From Gammaproteobacteria bacterium (GTDB lineage Bacteria; Pseudomonadota; Gammaproteobacteria; JAIEPX01), in contig JAIEPX010000004.1 in NCBI GenBank assembly GCA_019748175.1, forward strand, positions 49,115 through 113,114: DNA of 64,000 bases. The letters are read 5' to 3'. Position numbers and translations under genes: made by a program. The notes under the pieces are model-generated. The model was given only the letters and a program-made list of their open reading frames with translations. It searched no databases and was not told where the DNA came from. How positions within the stretch are numbered: position 1 is the stretch's first letter; each line of letters begins with the position of its first letter. Positions 39,047 to 48,267 of this stretch are shown here, in pieces.

Positions 39047-39244
39047 TTAACAAAATTGCGAATTAAATGTTTTAACAATCACCTCAGTTTTAGTTCGACA
39101 CTTATATTTTACTTTAATATTATATATATAATACTCCACAGTTCTTGGGGATAACCGCAAGCATTTACCAATTTGCTTTGCACTCATCCCTAACATCATA
39201 TAAGCGATACATTCCCGCTCACGTTTTGAAAGTTTAATATTCAT
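39047..39244 (-). CDS. stand-alone LuxR-type HTH protein (65 aa; no sensor domain)
   Basis: LSKRERECIAYMMLGMSAKQIGKCLRLSPRTVEYYIYNIKVKYKC. It is a paralogue of the HTH domains at 34801, 39421 and 40357. Confidence 0.65.
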   Translation of the reverse strand: MNIKLSKRERECIAYMMLGMSAKQIGKCLRLSPRTVEYYIYNIKVKYKCRTKTEVIVKTFNSQFC

Positions 39245-39420
39245 AATTCCCTTATGTGCTAATATTGAGTTGAATTTAATGTAGCATCTGTACTAACCAA
39301 TGAAACTGGTAGTACTACTAGGATAAGATACGCACCTTAGATATCGTTGTTATCTAGACACTCGCTCTTGATGGGGGTACAATTACCGATCGAACCAAAA
39401 GGACTACTGGAGTAGCCAGG

Positions 39421-40242
39421 ATGCTTACAGACACAAATGTTGATGAGTTTATTTCTCAATATGGATATTATGAAAGCAAGATTAAAAAGATTACAGCATC
39501 TATTAAACGCCTATTTGATCTAGAATACTTTCTTTACACCTTAGTAGGTCACAATGGACAGATATTCGCAACTGGCACAGAAGTTAAATACCTTGAGTTT
39601 TATTTCAATAAGATGCTTTACCGCGCTGATCCAGTTTTGATTGAGCCCAAAAATACTCAGAATCGAATATCTTACTGTCATTCAAGCATGATTGATTCTC
39701 CAATTAGATTTCTTGCTGCACCATTTATGAATGAACTAAATCACGACAATATTTTACTTCTTCAAGAAACAAATAAATTAGGTGCTCATCATTATTTATT
39801 CGCGACCAATAAAAATAAGGGTTGCATCATAAATTATTATCTCAATCACTTAGAGGCACTGAAGATTTTTACTTCCTATTTCCAAAATGAAGCTATACAT
39901 ATAATAAATAAAAGCATCGAATCCACTCCTATTAATCTTTACAATCTCCCTAATGAATTTCTCAGCAAATCAAACTTTGAACCAAAAGACATCACACAAA
40001 AGCAACAGAATATCTTTCTTCAAAAACACAATCTCACCGAAATAAATACCATTACACCCAGAGAATGGGATTGCTTAAAGCTAAGCTTACAATCTATGAG
40101 CTCCAAAGAATGCGCTAAAATATTAAAAATTTCACATCGCACTGTTGAGTTTCATCTGGAAAATTTAAAAAATAAATTCAAATGTTCAAACAAAAAAGAG
40201 CTGATATCTAAAGCCTCTTTTATTTATTACGAAAAGGCGTGA
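39421..40242 (+). CDS. LuxR-family regulator (unknown N-terminal domain + C-terminal HTH)
   Basis: C-terminus: TPREWDCLKLSLQSMSSKECAKILKISHRTVEFHLENLKNKFKC. GGAG lies 8 nt upstream of the ATG. Confidence 0.8.
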   Translation: MLTDTNVDEFISQYGYYESKIKKITASIKRLFDLEYFLYTLVGHNGQIFATGTEVKYLEFYFNKMLYRADPVLIEPKNTQNRISYCHSSMIDSPIRFLAAPFMNELNHDNILLLQETNKLGAHHYLFATNKNKGCIINYYLNHLEALKIFTSYFQNEAIHIINKSIESTPINLYNLPNEFLSKSNFEPKDITQKQQNIFLQKHNLTEINTITPREWDCLKLSLQSMSSKECAKILKISHRTVEFHLENLKNKFKCSNKKELISKASFIYYEKA

Positions 40243-40356
40243 CTTTACTAAAAAAACTATCTCTTAAAAACCTGTCATTTCTATTATACAGTATTTATAC
40301 AGTATATACGGTTTTCTTTTTACGAGTTACCGTACTGACCATTGAATACTGAATAG

Positions 40357-41352
40357 GTGACATTTAACATGTTTGAGAGTCAAAAATTCACTGATGATGA
40401 ATATTCCGCTTATCACGATAAGGATTTTTCAGCATATAATGAATCAGCAATACTTCTTAATGACAAGATGCTGACCATGACTTTTTTTCGTTTCCGACAT
40501 AGGCAATTGAGGGATGATTCAACTAAATCTGCGGCGCTGAATCAGTTAGAAATACCCTATAACATGAGAGGTGAAATTAGTGTAATTATACAGCCACTCA
40601 AAAATTTTGGTATCGAGACTCTCACATATTCTCGATATTATGATACCGGAAGAGAAATTCTCTTGACAAATAACCCATCCTGGTATGACGAATATTTTCA
40701 AGTTCATCATTCATATGAGGAAAATAACGTATCAAATTCAGAAATTCAGTATCTCAAAAATAATAGAACGTCCTCCACATACAAACAAATCGATGAGAAG
40801 AATCGCTTAAGCATGATAAGATACCTCACAAATTACCGTGAGATATTCACATTCTCTGGCGATTCTTCTAATGAACACTTGAAGTCTTTTTATATAAATA
40901 ATATGGAATTATTCGACGCATTCATTCTCTATTTCGAAGAGCGAGCGGAGACAATTTTAAGTTTCTACGCTAAAAAGCAAATCAAATTTTCATCAAATAA
41001 TAAGCACCTTGAAAAGACTATTCATCAAGAATATCCATCACACTATGATTTAAAAAACTTAGCCATAGCAGAGATGAAAACACAGCAATATATTATTAAG
41101 GGGCGAAAAATAAAAATATCTAGAAGAGAGATTGAGTGTTTAGCCTTATTCCATTCTGGATACACTGCAAAAGAATCTGCTAAGTTACTAGGACTTTCTT
41201 TTCGAACGATTGAAAAATATTTTGAGGTTATAAAGGATAAATTAAATTGCCTATCCAAAAGAGATGCTTTAAAATTACTAATAGCTGACGGATTCCCTCA
41301 AAATGTTTTGAACTATTATTTAGTTACAGCTACAGATAATACAGCACCCTAA
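40357..41352 (+). CDS. LuxR-family regulator (unknown N-terminal domain + C-terminal HTH)
   Basis: C-terminus: SRREIECLALFHSGYTAKESAKLLGLSFRTIEKYFEVIKDKLNC. The start is GTG 40357 or ATG 40369. Confidence 0.8.
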   Translation: MTFNMFESQKFTDDEYSAYHDKDFSAYNESAILLNDKMLTMTFFRFRHRQLRDDSTKSAALNQLEIPYNMRGEISVIIQPLKNFGIETLTYSRYYDTGREILLTNNPSWYDEYFQVHHSYEENNVSNSEIQYLKNNRTSSTYKQIDEKNRLSMIRYLTNYREIFTFSGDSSNEHLKSFYINNMELFDAFILYFEERAETILSFYAKKQIKFSSNNKHLEKTIHQEYPSHYDLKNLAIAEMKTQQYIIKGRKIKISRREIECLALFHSGYTAKESAKLLGLSFRTIEKYFEVIKDKLNCLSKRDALKLLIADGFPQNVLNYYLVTATDNTAP

Positions 41353-41422
41353 TACAGCTGGCATAATATGCCTATTAAGCCTGGCTGTAGGAATCGTCTA
41401 ATATTTCACTATTGATCAAATT

Positions 41423-42445
41423 TTAGTTTTCAACCAATAAATCGACGGGTACTTTACTTAAAACGCCAGGCACCTCTTTAACTAATTTTGGCACTAAATA
41501 ACCTGGCAATAGCTGTGAAAGCTGCCAGTGAATTTCACGAGCGCGAGAAATCTCTACATCAAAATGCGCACTACCCACGACTTTATCAAGTGTATGTAAA
41601 TAGTATGGTAGGCAGCCACTAGAAAATAGTTTTTCGCTCAGCTCTGCCAATACCTGCGCATCATCATTGATATTTTTCAAAAGCACCGCTTGATTAAGGA
41701 CAGTGATCCCTGCTTTACGCATCATTTGCAGCGACTCTTCAACCGAATTATCAATTTCATTCGGATGATTCGCATGAACCACAACAATTATTTGCAATCC
41801 GGATTCTAATAACATAGCCGTAAATTCTTGCGAGACTCGATGAGGGATTACAATGGGTAAACGCGTATGAAGTCTTAAACGTTTAATTTGTGGCAAAACT
41901 GAAAATTGCTGAATAATTTGAGCAAGCAAATTATCTTTCGCGATTAACGGATCACCACCACTAAAAATTATTTCATTGATGCTAGGATCAGCAGCAACAT
42001 AATCAACAATTTTTTGCCAACCTGCACGTCCCGGATTATTTTCTTCATATGAAAAATTTTGCCTAAAACAATAGCGACAGTTGATTGCGCAAGCACCTGT
42101 AACCGTCAATAAAACTCGTCCGCGATATTTATGAATCAATCCTGGTAGTTTATTAGCTTGTTGCTCTTGTAACGGATCATGACTATAGCCTGGCATGGCT
42201 AATAATTCTTGTTTTGTAGGCAAAATTTGGAGTAATAATGGATCTCGAGGATCACCCATTCGCATTCGTGCCACATATTCGCGAGGGACACGCAGAGGAA
42301 ATGACAAACTATTGGACGAACACAAACCCACTTGCTCGGGCTTAAGATGAAGTAATTCCAGTAAAATTTTGGGATTTGTAATGACATCAACCAAACTTTG
42401 CTGCCAGTCTGGCGTTGGCTTTTTCACTAATCGCTGTTGATTCAT
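41423..42445 (-). CDS. epmB: EF-P beta-lysylation protein EpmB (lysine 2,3-aminomutase-like radical SAM)
   Basis: Radical-SAM cluster motif CAINCRYCFRQ. Collinear with YjeK/EpmB (LLTVTGAC, SGGDPL, RLHTR.P). Divergent from efp, with epmA downstream of efp. Confidence 0.9.
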   Translation of the reverse strand: MNQQRLVKKPTPDWQQSLVDVITNPKILLELLHLKPEQVGLCSSNSLSFPLRVPREYVARMRMGDPRDPLLLQILPTKQELLAMPGYSHDPLQEQQANKLPGLIHKYRGRVLLTVTGACAINCRYCFRQNFSYEENNPGRAGWQKIVDYVAADPSINEIIFSGGDPLIAKDNLLAQIIQQFSVLPQIKRLRLHTRLPIVIPHRVSQEFTAMLLESGLQIIVVVHANHPNEIDNSVEESLQMMRKAGITVLNQAVLLKNINDDAQVLAELSEKLFSSGCLPYYLHTLDKVVGSAHFDVEISRAREIHWQLSQLLPGYLVPKLVKEVPGVLSKVPVDLLVEN

Positions 42446-42474
42446 ACTTACTGCTCTGTTATTTTAGCAAGGTT

Positions 42475-42655
42475 ACCTGGATATTGTATAAATCAATCGT
42501 AGCGAGAAGCTCAAGAGCACTGAAGATCCGGAAGATTTTAGAAAATTTGTGCCGATAGCATAGTTGACACTATGTGACCAAACAAATTTTCTGAAATCTT
42601 CTGGAGACTCAGGATTATTGTGCTTCGCAGTAGATTGTTTATACAATATCCAGGT
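42475..42655. repeat. about 181-bp imperfect palindrome filling the epmB/efp divergent intergenic region
   Basis: Outer arms ACCTGGATATTGTATAAATCAATC (42475-42498) and GATTGTTTATACAATATCCAGGT (42633-42655). Inner arms CCGGAAGATTTTAGAAAATTTGT / ACAAATTTTCTGAAATCTTCTGG. Centre CATAGT-tgac-ACTATG. Confidence 0.85.
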
Positions 42656-42687
42656 CAAATATAGTCTGTTTAATAAGGCGAATCAAC

Positions 42688-43257
42688 ATGGGAATGGTCA
42701 GCACAAATGATTTTAAGTCGGGCCTCAAGGTAATCCTCGAGAGCGATCCGTACAGCATCATTGAAAATGAATTTGTAAAACCCGGTAAAGGGCAAGCCTT
42801 CAACCGAGTCAGAATGCGTAATTTAAAAACGGGCCGTGTCCTCGAAAAAACCTTCAAATCGGGGGACACCCTTGAAACAGCAGATGTTGTCGAAATGGAT
42901 ATGCAGTTCCTATATTCTGATGGAGATCGCCTTCATTTTATGTCGCCAGCAACCTACGAACAACATGAAATCCCTGTGTCAGCAGTAGGCGATGCAGCAC
43001 AATGGCTCAAAGAACAAGATTCTTGCATTATCACCATGTGGAACGGCGTTCCTTTAAACGTGGCGCCACCCAATTTTGTGAATCTCGCTGTCACCGACAC
43101 AGATCCTGGTGTTCGAGGTGATACCGTGAGCGGTGGAAATAAGGCCGCAACACTAGAAACCGGCGCGGTTATCCGAGTTCCATTATTCATTAATATTGGT
43201 GATGTTTTAAAAATTGACACTCGCACCGGAACTTACGTTTCTCGTGCGAAAGAATAA
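42688..43257 (+). CDS. efp: translation elongation factor P
   Basis: Collinear with E. coli EF-P, including the modified-lysine loop [10 protein letters not shown] and [23 protein letters not shown]. Confidence 0.95.
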   Translation: MGMVSTNDFKSGLKVILESDPYSIIENEFVKPGKGQAFNRVRMRNLKTGRVLEKTFKSGDTLETADVVEMDMQFLYSDGDRLHFMSPATYEQHEIPVSAVGDAAQWLKEQDSCIITMWNGVPLNVAPPNFVNLAVTDTDPGVRGDTVSGGNKAATLETGAVIRVPLFINIGDVLKIDTRTGTYVSRAKE

Positions 43258-43269
43258 TTTAATAAGTAT

Positions 43270-44256
43270 ATGCACTCAACAATAAACCCACCGGTTGATT
43301 ATCAACAAACCTGGCGCCCCACTGCGTCTATTTCACAATTACGTGCAAGAGCAAAAATTATTGCAGAACTACGTGCATTTTTTTCTGAACGTAATGTTTT
43401 AGAAGTGGACACTCCTATGCTTTGCCGAGTCACCGCTACCGATCCTCATCTATCGAGCATACGAGTCCCTCTCGATAATCATGAAATCGGTTTTTTACAA
43501 ACATCTCCTGAATTTCCGATGAAAAGACTGTTGGCCAGTGGAATCGGTTCTATTTATTCTCTTGCTAAAGTATTTCGTGGCGATGAAAGTGGGCGTTATC
43601 ATAATTTAGAATTCACCATGCTTGAATGGTATAGAATCGGATTTAATCACCATCAATTGATGGATGAAATGGATGAATTATTTCTACGAATTTTGAATAG
43701 CGAAAAAGCAATACGAGTAACCTATCGCGATCTATTTCGTCAATTTTTAAACATCGATCCTTTCACAGCATCTCTTTCTGAATTACAAAATGCGGCACAA
43801 AACAACAACATCAACGTACCCAATCTTGGAGACGATCACGATACTTGGTTGCAATTATTAATGAGCCACCTGATCGAACCTCAACTTGGCATGACACAAC
43901 CCCATTTCATTTATAATTTTCCCGGCTCACAAGCAGCACTGGCAAAAATTCGAAATGAAGACGGACATCCCGTTGGAGAACGTTTTGAAGTGTATATTCA
44001 GGGCATAGAAATGGCTAATGGGTATCATGAATTAACAGACGACAAAGAACAACGTCATAGAATCAATGCCGACAATAGCCAACGAAAAAAAATGCACCTA
44101 CCGGAATTACCCATCGATGAAAATTTACTCGCTGCTTTAGCTCATGGCATGCCTGAATGTGCGGGCGTTGCATTAGGCGTCGATCGCCTGATTATGTTAG
44201 CCACAAATGCCAACCACATTAATGAAGTAATTTCTTTTTCTTTTGATAGAGTATAA
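43270..44256 (+). CDS. epmA: EF-P--(R)-beta-lysine ligase EpmA (LysRS paralogue)
   Basis: Collinear with E. coli EpmA/PoxA: LEVDTPML, TSPEFPMKRLLASG, FRGDESGRYHNLEFTMLEWYR, ERFEVYIQGIEMANGYHELTD, GVALGVDRLIML. Confidence 0.92.
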   Translation: MHSTINPPVDYQQTWRPTASISQLRARAKIIAELRAFFSERNVLEVDTPMLCRVTATDPHLSSIRVPLDNHEIGFLQTSPEFPMKRLLASGIGSIYSLAKVFRGDESGRYHNLEFTMLEWYRIGFNHHQLMDEMDELFLRILNSEKAIRVTYRDLFRQFLNIDPFTASLSELQNAAQNNNINVPNLGDDHDTWLQLLMSHLIEPQLGMTQPHFIYNFPGSQAALAKIRNEDGHPVGERFEVYIQGIEMANGYHELTDDKEQRHRINADNSQRKKMHLPELPIDENLLAALAHGMPECAGVALGVDRLIMLATNANHINEVISFSFDRV

Positions 44257-44272
44257 TTTTGAAGGATTAACC

Positions 44273-44830
44273 ATGCGTGTTTTTTATGCTCTTACATTAC
44301 CACCATTAATTCAAGAGCACTGCCTGAATACTATTAAAAATCTAAAAAATGAATACCAATTTAAAGATATTCGCTGGACATCGCCTGATCATTTACATAT
44401 CACAATACGATTTCTAGAAAACATCGATGAAGTGCAACTCAATACAATAAATTCATTACTTCAAGAACAATTAAAAACCTGCCAAGCCATCACAATTTCC
44501 ACTCGCAAATTGATCTTATTCCCAGCAAAAAGGCCTCATATAATAGCACTTGCTGTTCATCTAAATTTAGAACTTGCCAATCTTGTGAGAACGCTAAACC
44601 AAACTCTCTCTTCAGAAGGAATTAAATTAGAGAAACGTCCTTTTGTAGCTCACATTACATTAGGTCGATTTAGGGAAACTACTCATACCGAAGATTTTAC
44701 TTTCAATCACATCAAGACAATTGACGATATCGCGAATCGTGTTGTCCTTTTTAAAAGCGAACCGACCGAATCGGGAAGCGATTATACCACATTAAAAACA
44801 TTTCAATTAAATAATGTGATTCAGCTCTAA
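44273..44830 (+). CDS. thpR: RNA 2',3'-cyclic phosphodiesterase (2H family, ThpR/LigT)
   Basis: Two HxT motifs, LHITIRFL and AHITLGRF, with MRVFYAL as the N-terminus. ATG 44273 has GAAGGA upstream. Confidence 0.8.
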   Translation: MRVFYALTLPPLIQEHCLNTIKNLKNEYQFKDIRWTSPDHLHITIRFLENIDEVQLNTINSLLQEQLKTCQAITISTRKLILFPAKRPHIIALAVHLNLELANLVRTLNQTLSSEGIKLEKRPFVAHITLGRFRETTHTEDFTFNHIKTIDDIANRVVLFKSEPTESGSDYTTLKTFQLNNVIQL

Positions 44831-44909
44831 CATTGCGACTAGATGTAAATAGTAGACGTAATCCTTTCGTTCTGAGTTTGCATATTGATCACTTCCACTC
44901 CGATTCTCT

Positions 44910-45869
44910 TCAAACAACCACACTATAAAACTCCTTCATAATGCGAGCAGCAGATAAAGCAGTAATATTATTCTTGTCTAATTCCGGAATAAACTCACTG
45001 ATATCCATCCCAATATAAGTGAAATTTTTTTTCAAATGTTGAATTAAATAAATAATTTGATTTAGGCTGGGACCACCGGGGTAAGGGCTTTCAACAGCCG
45101 GAGCGCAAGATGGGTTTAATCCATCCAGGTCAATTGAAAAATAAAGATATTTTAACCCAGAGAATTGTTTGATAATTTTATCGAGAACATTATCCATAGA
45201 CGTAGAGGCAAATTCACTTCCCATTATTACGCCGATCTCAGATTGATAGACTTTCAATGCCTTGGCTTCATTTTCTGTAAATTGCCTAATACCTGTAAGC
45301 ATGATCTGACGCGGCTTTAAATTTGGCATCAAAAAACCATGATGCAATATCGAGCTGTAAGTCAGTATTTTTTGAGCTTCGCAATCGGGATGTGCATCAA
45401 GATACACTACGCCATATTCTCCCGGAATAGTAGTATCTAATGCCTTAAGAGCGGAATATTTGATGACATGATCACCACCTAAACAAATAGGCACTTTTTC
45501 TTCTTGAAATAAGGCCTCAAACCGAGAGGATACTAATTCTGTCTCGGCTACAATGCTGCGCTCGTTAAAGTTTAAATTTCCAGAGTCCCACAAGTGCTCA
45601 CCTGATTTAAAATTTTCAGGAAAAGAATAAAGCCGATTATCAACCTCACGAATAAAATCGGCAGAAAATATCTCACGATCTTGTGCTAAGGAGAATGTTG
45701 GCGCTGTTCCTGCGCATTGGGTGTTTGCCCCAAAGATTTCACATCGCGCATGAGCTCGTTTTTTACAGGTAGCATAGCTAAACAGGGTTTTCATTTCCAT
45801 GTCCTTTTTGTTAAATGACAGTGGTATTGTAAGATACGCAGAAACATCAGTATAATTCATTATTTTCAT
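44910..45869 (-). CDS. arginase/agmatinase/formiminoglutamase-family ureohydrolase
   Basis: Metal-site motifs LGGDHV, YLDAHPD and SIDLDGLNP. The substrate cannot be told from the sequence. The start could also be an internal Met. Confidence 0.75.
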   Translation of the reverse strand: MKIMNYTDVSAYLTIPLSFNKKDMEMKTLFSYATCKKRAHARCEIFGANTQCAGTAPTFSLAQDREIFSADFIREVDNRLYSFPENFKSGEHLWDSGNLNFNERSIVAETELVSSRFEALFQEEKVPICLGGDHVIKYSALKALDTTIPGEYGVVYLDAHPDCEAQKILTYSSILHHGFLMPNLKPRQIMLTGIRQFTENEAKALKVYQSEIGVIMGSEFASTSMDNVLDKIIKQFSGLKYLYFSIDLDGLNPSCAPAVESPYPGGPSLNQIIYLIQHLKKNFTYIGMDISEFIPELDKNNITALSAARIMKEFYSVVV

Positions 45870-45885
45870 TAAGTGATCAATTTTT

Positions 45886-46749
45886 ATGGTTTTACTTGAA
45901 CCTCAATTGCGGGCCTTTGAAGCCGTTGTTAGCGAAGGCACAGTCCATGGTGCAGCTGCATTATTGCACTTAACACAAACAGCGATAACCCAGCGAATAA
46001 GGCTGTTAGAGCAAAAGATGAAAACAACGCTTTTTGTCCGCAGTCGACGTGGCATGCTTCTAACTCCTGAGGGAGAAGTACTTCATAGGTATTGCCAACG
46101 AGTTGTTGAAATGGGTGGAGCTGCCCTTGCTACGATTCAAGGTGCGGGAAAAGAGTCGACCATAAGAGTTAAGATAGCTGGCCCAACCAGCATAATGCGT
46201 TCGCGTATAATTCCTAGGTGCGAATCAGTCATGAAAGCATTCCCTCATTTACTGCTCTCCTTCATTATTGATGATTCGAATGATATCAGTAAGCGCCTAA
46301 AATCAGGCGAAATTGATTTAGTAATATTGAGACCAGAATTAGTGACCTCTGAGATGGAGCACAAAACACTATTGCCAGAAAGTTATGTATTACTATGTAG
46401 CTCTCAATGGGGCGGGAGAACTTTGAAAGACATTATTGAGAATGAAAGAATAATTGATTTTGATGCCGATGATCCAATGACCTTTGCTTATTTAAAAGAA
46501 TTTTCATTGCTCGATAACATTCAACCAGATAGGCATTTTGTCAATAATACAGAGAGCATTGCAGAATTATTTATTGCTGGATTAGGCTACGGAATCCTTA
46601 CCGAAGAATTTGCACGACCTTATGTCATGTCGAGACAGTTAATATTGCTGAACAAGAAAAAAACTTTCAAGCATGACCTCACTTTAGCGTGGTATTCACG
46701 ACCAGAGCCTCCGAAATACTTCGCTGCATTAATTAATGCTATTGATTAA
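45886..46749 (+). CDS. LysR-family transcriptional regulator
   Basis: N-terminal wHTH LRAFEAVVSEGTVHGAAALLHLTQTAITQRIRLLEQKMKTTLFVR. Divergent from the ureohydrolase gene. Confidence 0.85.
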   Translation: MVLLEPQLRAFEAVVSEGTVHGAAALLHLTQTAITQRIRLLEQKMKTTLFVRSRRGMLLTPEGEVLHRYCQRVVEMGGAALATIQGAGKESTIRVKIAGPTSIMRSRIIPRCESVMKAFPHLLLSFIIDDSNDISKRLKSGEIDLVILRPELVTSEMEHKTLLPESYVLLCSSQWGGRTLKDIIENERIIDFDADDPMTFAYLKEFSLLDNIQPDRHFVNNTESIAELFIAGLGYGILTEEFARPYVMSRQLILLNKKKTFKHDLTLAWYSRPEPPKYFAALINAID

Positions 46750-46887
46750 TAGACCTAACCCTGGATTGCATTTAGCAAGGAATTGACCCCAATCTTTCTG
46801 CAAAGTTTAATGCCTTGAATCGAAAACAAAAACTATAAGGGCAAGTCTGGAATTAAAACCAGTTTACCAGCCTTCTCCCTTCGTTTC

Positions 46888-48201
46888 TTAGTTTGCAGTC
46901 AACGTAGCAGTGCTCTCTTCTTCAGATGCTTTCTTAGAAAAAATAAACCACCCTAACACAGCGGCAATTAATAATGACAAAGGTAATACTGAAAGTGCCC
47001 ATTGATAATCAACTGCATCATATACTTCTAAAGCTGCACCACTATGACGCCAGTTTGCAGAAACATGTAAAAGATACCCGACTAAAGGTTGGAAAAGAGG
47101 CACCGTACCCACACACAAAGCGTTGGTAAAACCAATCGCTGTGGTCTGAACATCGGGAGCGACAGATTCTTTTACATAAGTAAAACTCAATACATAAACA
47201 CAACTAAAAACCCCCATTACAGCCATAATTCCGCCATACAACACTAAAGAAGTGGGTGGCCAATAAATTAACCATGTCAATAATATGCCTAATACTAATG
47301 CGGCTGACACATACACCGCGCGCAAATAATCGCGTACTAGTGGATAAATCATCCCAATCACAGGACAGCCGAATGCTAACCCAACAAAAATCATCGAAAC
47401 AACGAGAGTGGCTTGTGAAGTTTGAATATTTCGCACAAGACTAATAAAAGGAATTCCCCACATCCCACTAAAAACAGAAACAATTGCAAATACCACACCA
47501 ATGAAAATTCCATTGAGCCATAAATATGGATTTGTGAAAACACTCACAGCGTGATGCCAAAATTGTTTCGCTGATTGTTTTGGAGGAGCTAGATCTTCTT
47601 GTGGACGATTTCGAATAATTATCCACGAAAATACAGCAATCGATCCTGCGATGATGGCAGCGCCCACCATGCTCACTCGCCAACTCATTTGCTCGATTAA
47701 TTTTGCAACATAAACATTCGCAATAATTGTAGCGATAGTTGCAACAAAATCACTCAACCCTAACATCAAGCTAAAATAACGAGACGGGAACCAATTACTA
47801 ATTAAATACAAGGTACCTACATAAGCAAAAGACGAACCTCCGCCCATCATTATACGCGCCACATCAGCCATCCAAATCTGATCACTCATAGCAAATAATG
47901 CGCACCCAGCAGCACTGACAAATCCGCCAACCGTTAACAAAATTCTAGCGCCAAAACGATCGATCAGCATTCCAGCGGGAGTTTGTAATAAAACATAAAT
48001 ATAATAGTAGGCGCCTGACATAATTCCGGCACTTAAAGCCGTCATCGAAAAATCGTGCATTAATCGCTCAACAAGAACACCAGAAGAAAGTTGGAGCAAA
48101 AATTGAAAAAGCACAAACGCTGTTCCAATTCCCCAAATCATCCAAGGTAATAGTCGACGTGGTAAACGCGAAGAAGATTGTTGATTTGCATAGTTTGACA
48201 T
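46888..48201 (-). CDS. MFS transporter
   Basis: 437-aa twelve-TM-like profile with the MFS loop PAGMLIDRFGARIL. Confidence 0.8.
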   Translation of the reverse strand: MSNYANQQSSSRLPRRLLPWMIWGIGTAFVLFQFLLQLSSGVLVERLMHDFSMTALSAGIMSGAYYYIYVLLQTPAGMLIDRFGARILLTVGGFVSAAGCALFAMSDQIWMADVARIMMGGGSSFAYVGTLYLISNWFPSRYFSLMLGLSDFVATIATIIANVYVAKLIEQMSWRVSMVGAAIIAGSIAVFSWIIIRNRPQEDLAPPKQSAKQFWHHAVSVFTNPYLWLNGIFIGVVFAIVSVFSGMWGIPFISLVRNIQTSQATLVVSMIFVGLAFGCPVIGMIYPLVRDYLRAVYVSAALVLGILLTWLIYWPPTSLVLYGGIMAVMGVFSCVYVLSFTYVKESVAPDVQTTAIGFTNALCVGTVPLFQPLVGYLLHVSANWRHSGAALEVYDAVDYQWALSVLPLSLLIAAVLGWFIFSKKASEEESTATLTAN

Positions 48202-48267
48202 ATTAATACCGCCCGATACTTTAGTTGTCTGAAAAATTCATACTATTATGGGATAATATCATGAATC

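Larger units (their letters stand above)
25036..41515. mobile_element. putative genomic island bounded by direct repeats of the epmB 3' end (no mobility genes seen)
   Basis: The flanking repeats are 25036-25103 and 41448-41515. The interior is visibly AT-richer: single 60-nt lines that I counted gave about 27% G+C inside versus about 48% in parC. The content is orphan and regulatory genes. Confidence 0.55.

Noticed and set aside
40270-40290. Lux-box-like CTG...CAG element (ACCTGTCATTTCTATTATACAG) upstream of the 40357 LuxR gene
   Set aside because: The spacing between CTG and CAG is 14 nt rather than the canonical 10, and the half-sites are not otherwise symmetric. The adjacent ATACAGTAT tandem boxes are the better operator candidate.
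42473-42869. ORFs 42473-42658 (61 aa) and 42639-42869 (76 aa) on the minus strand
   Set aside because: The first is a read-through of the 181-bp palindrome. The second is antisense to the efp 5' end. Neither has coding-like features.
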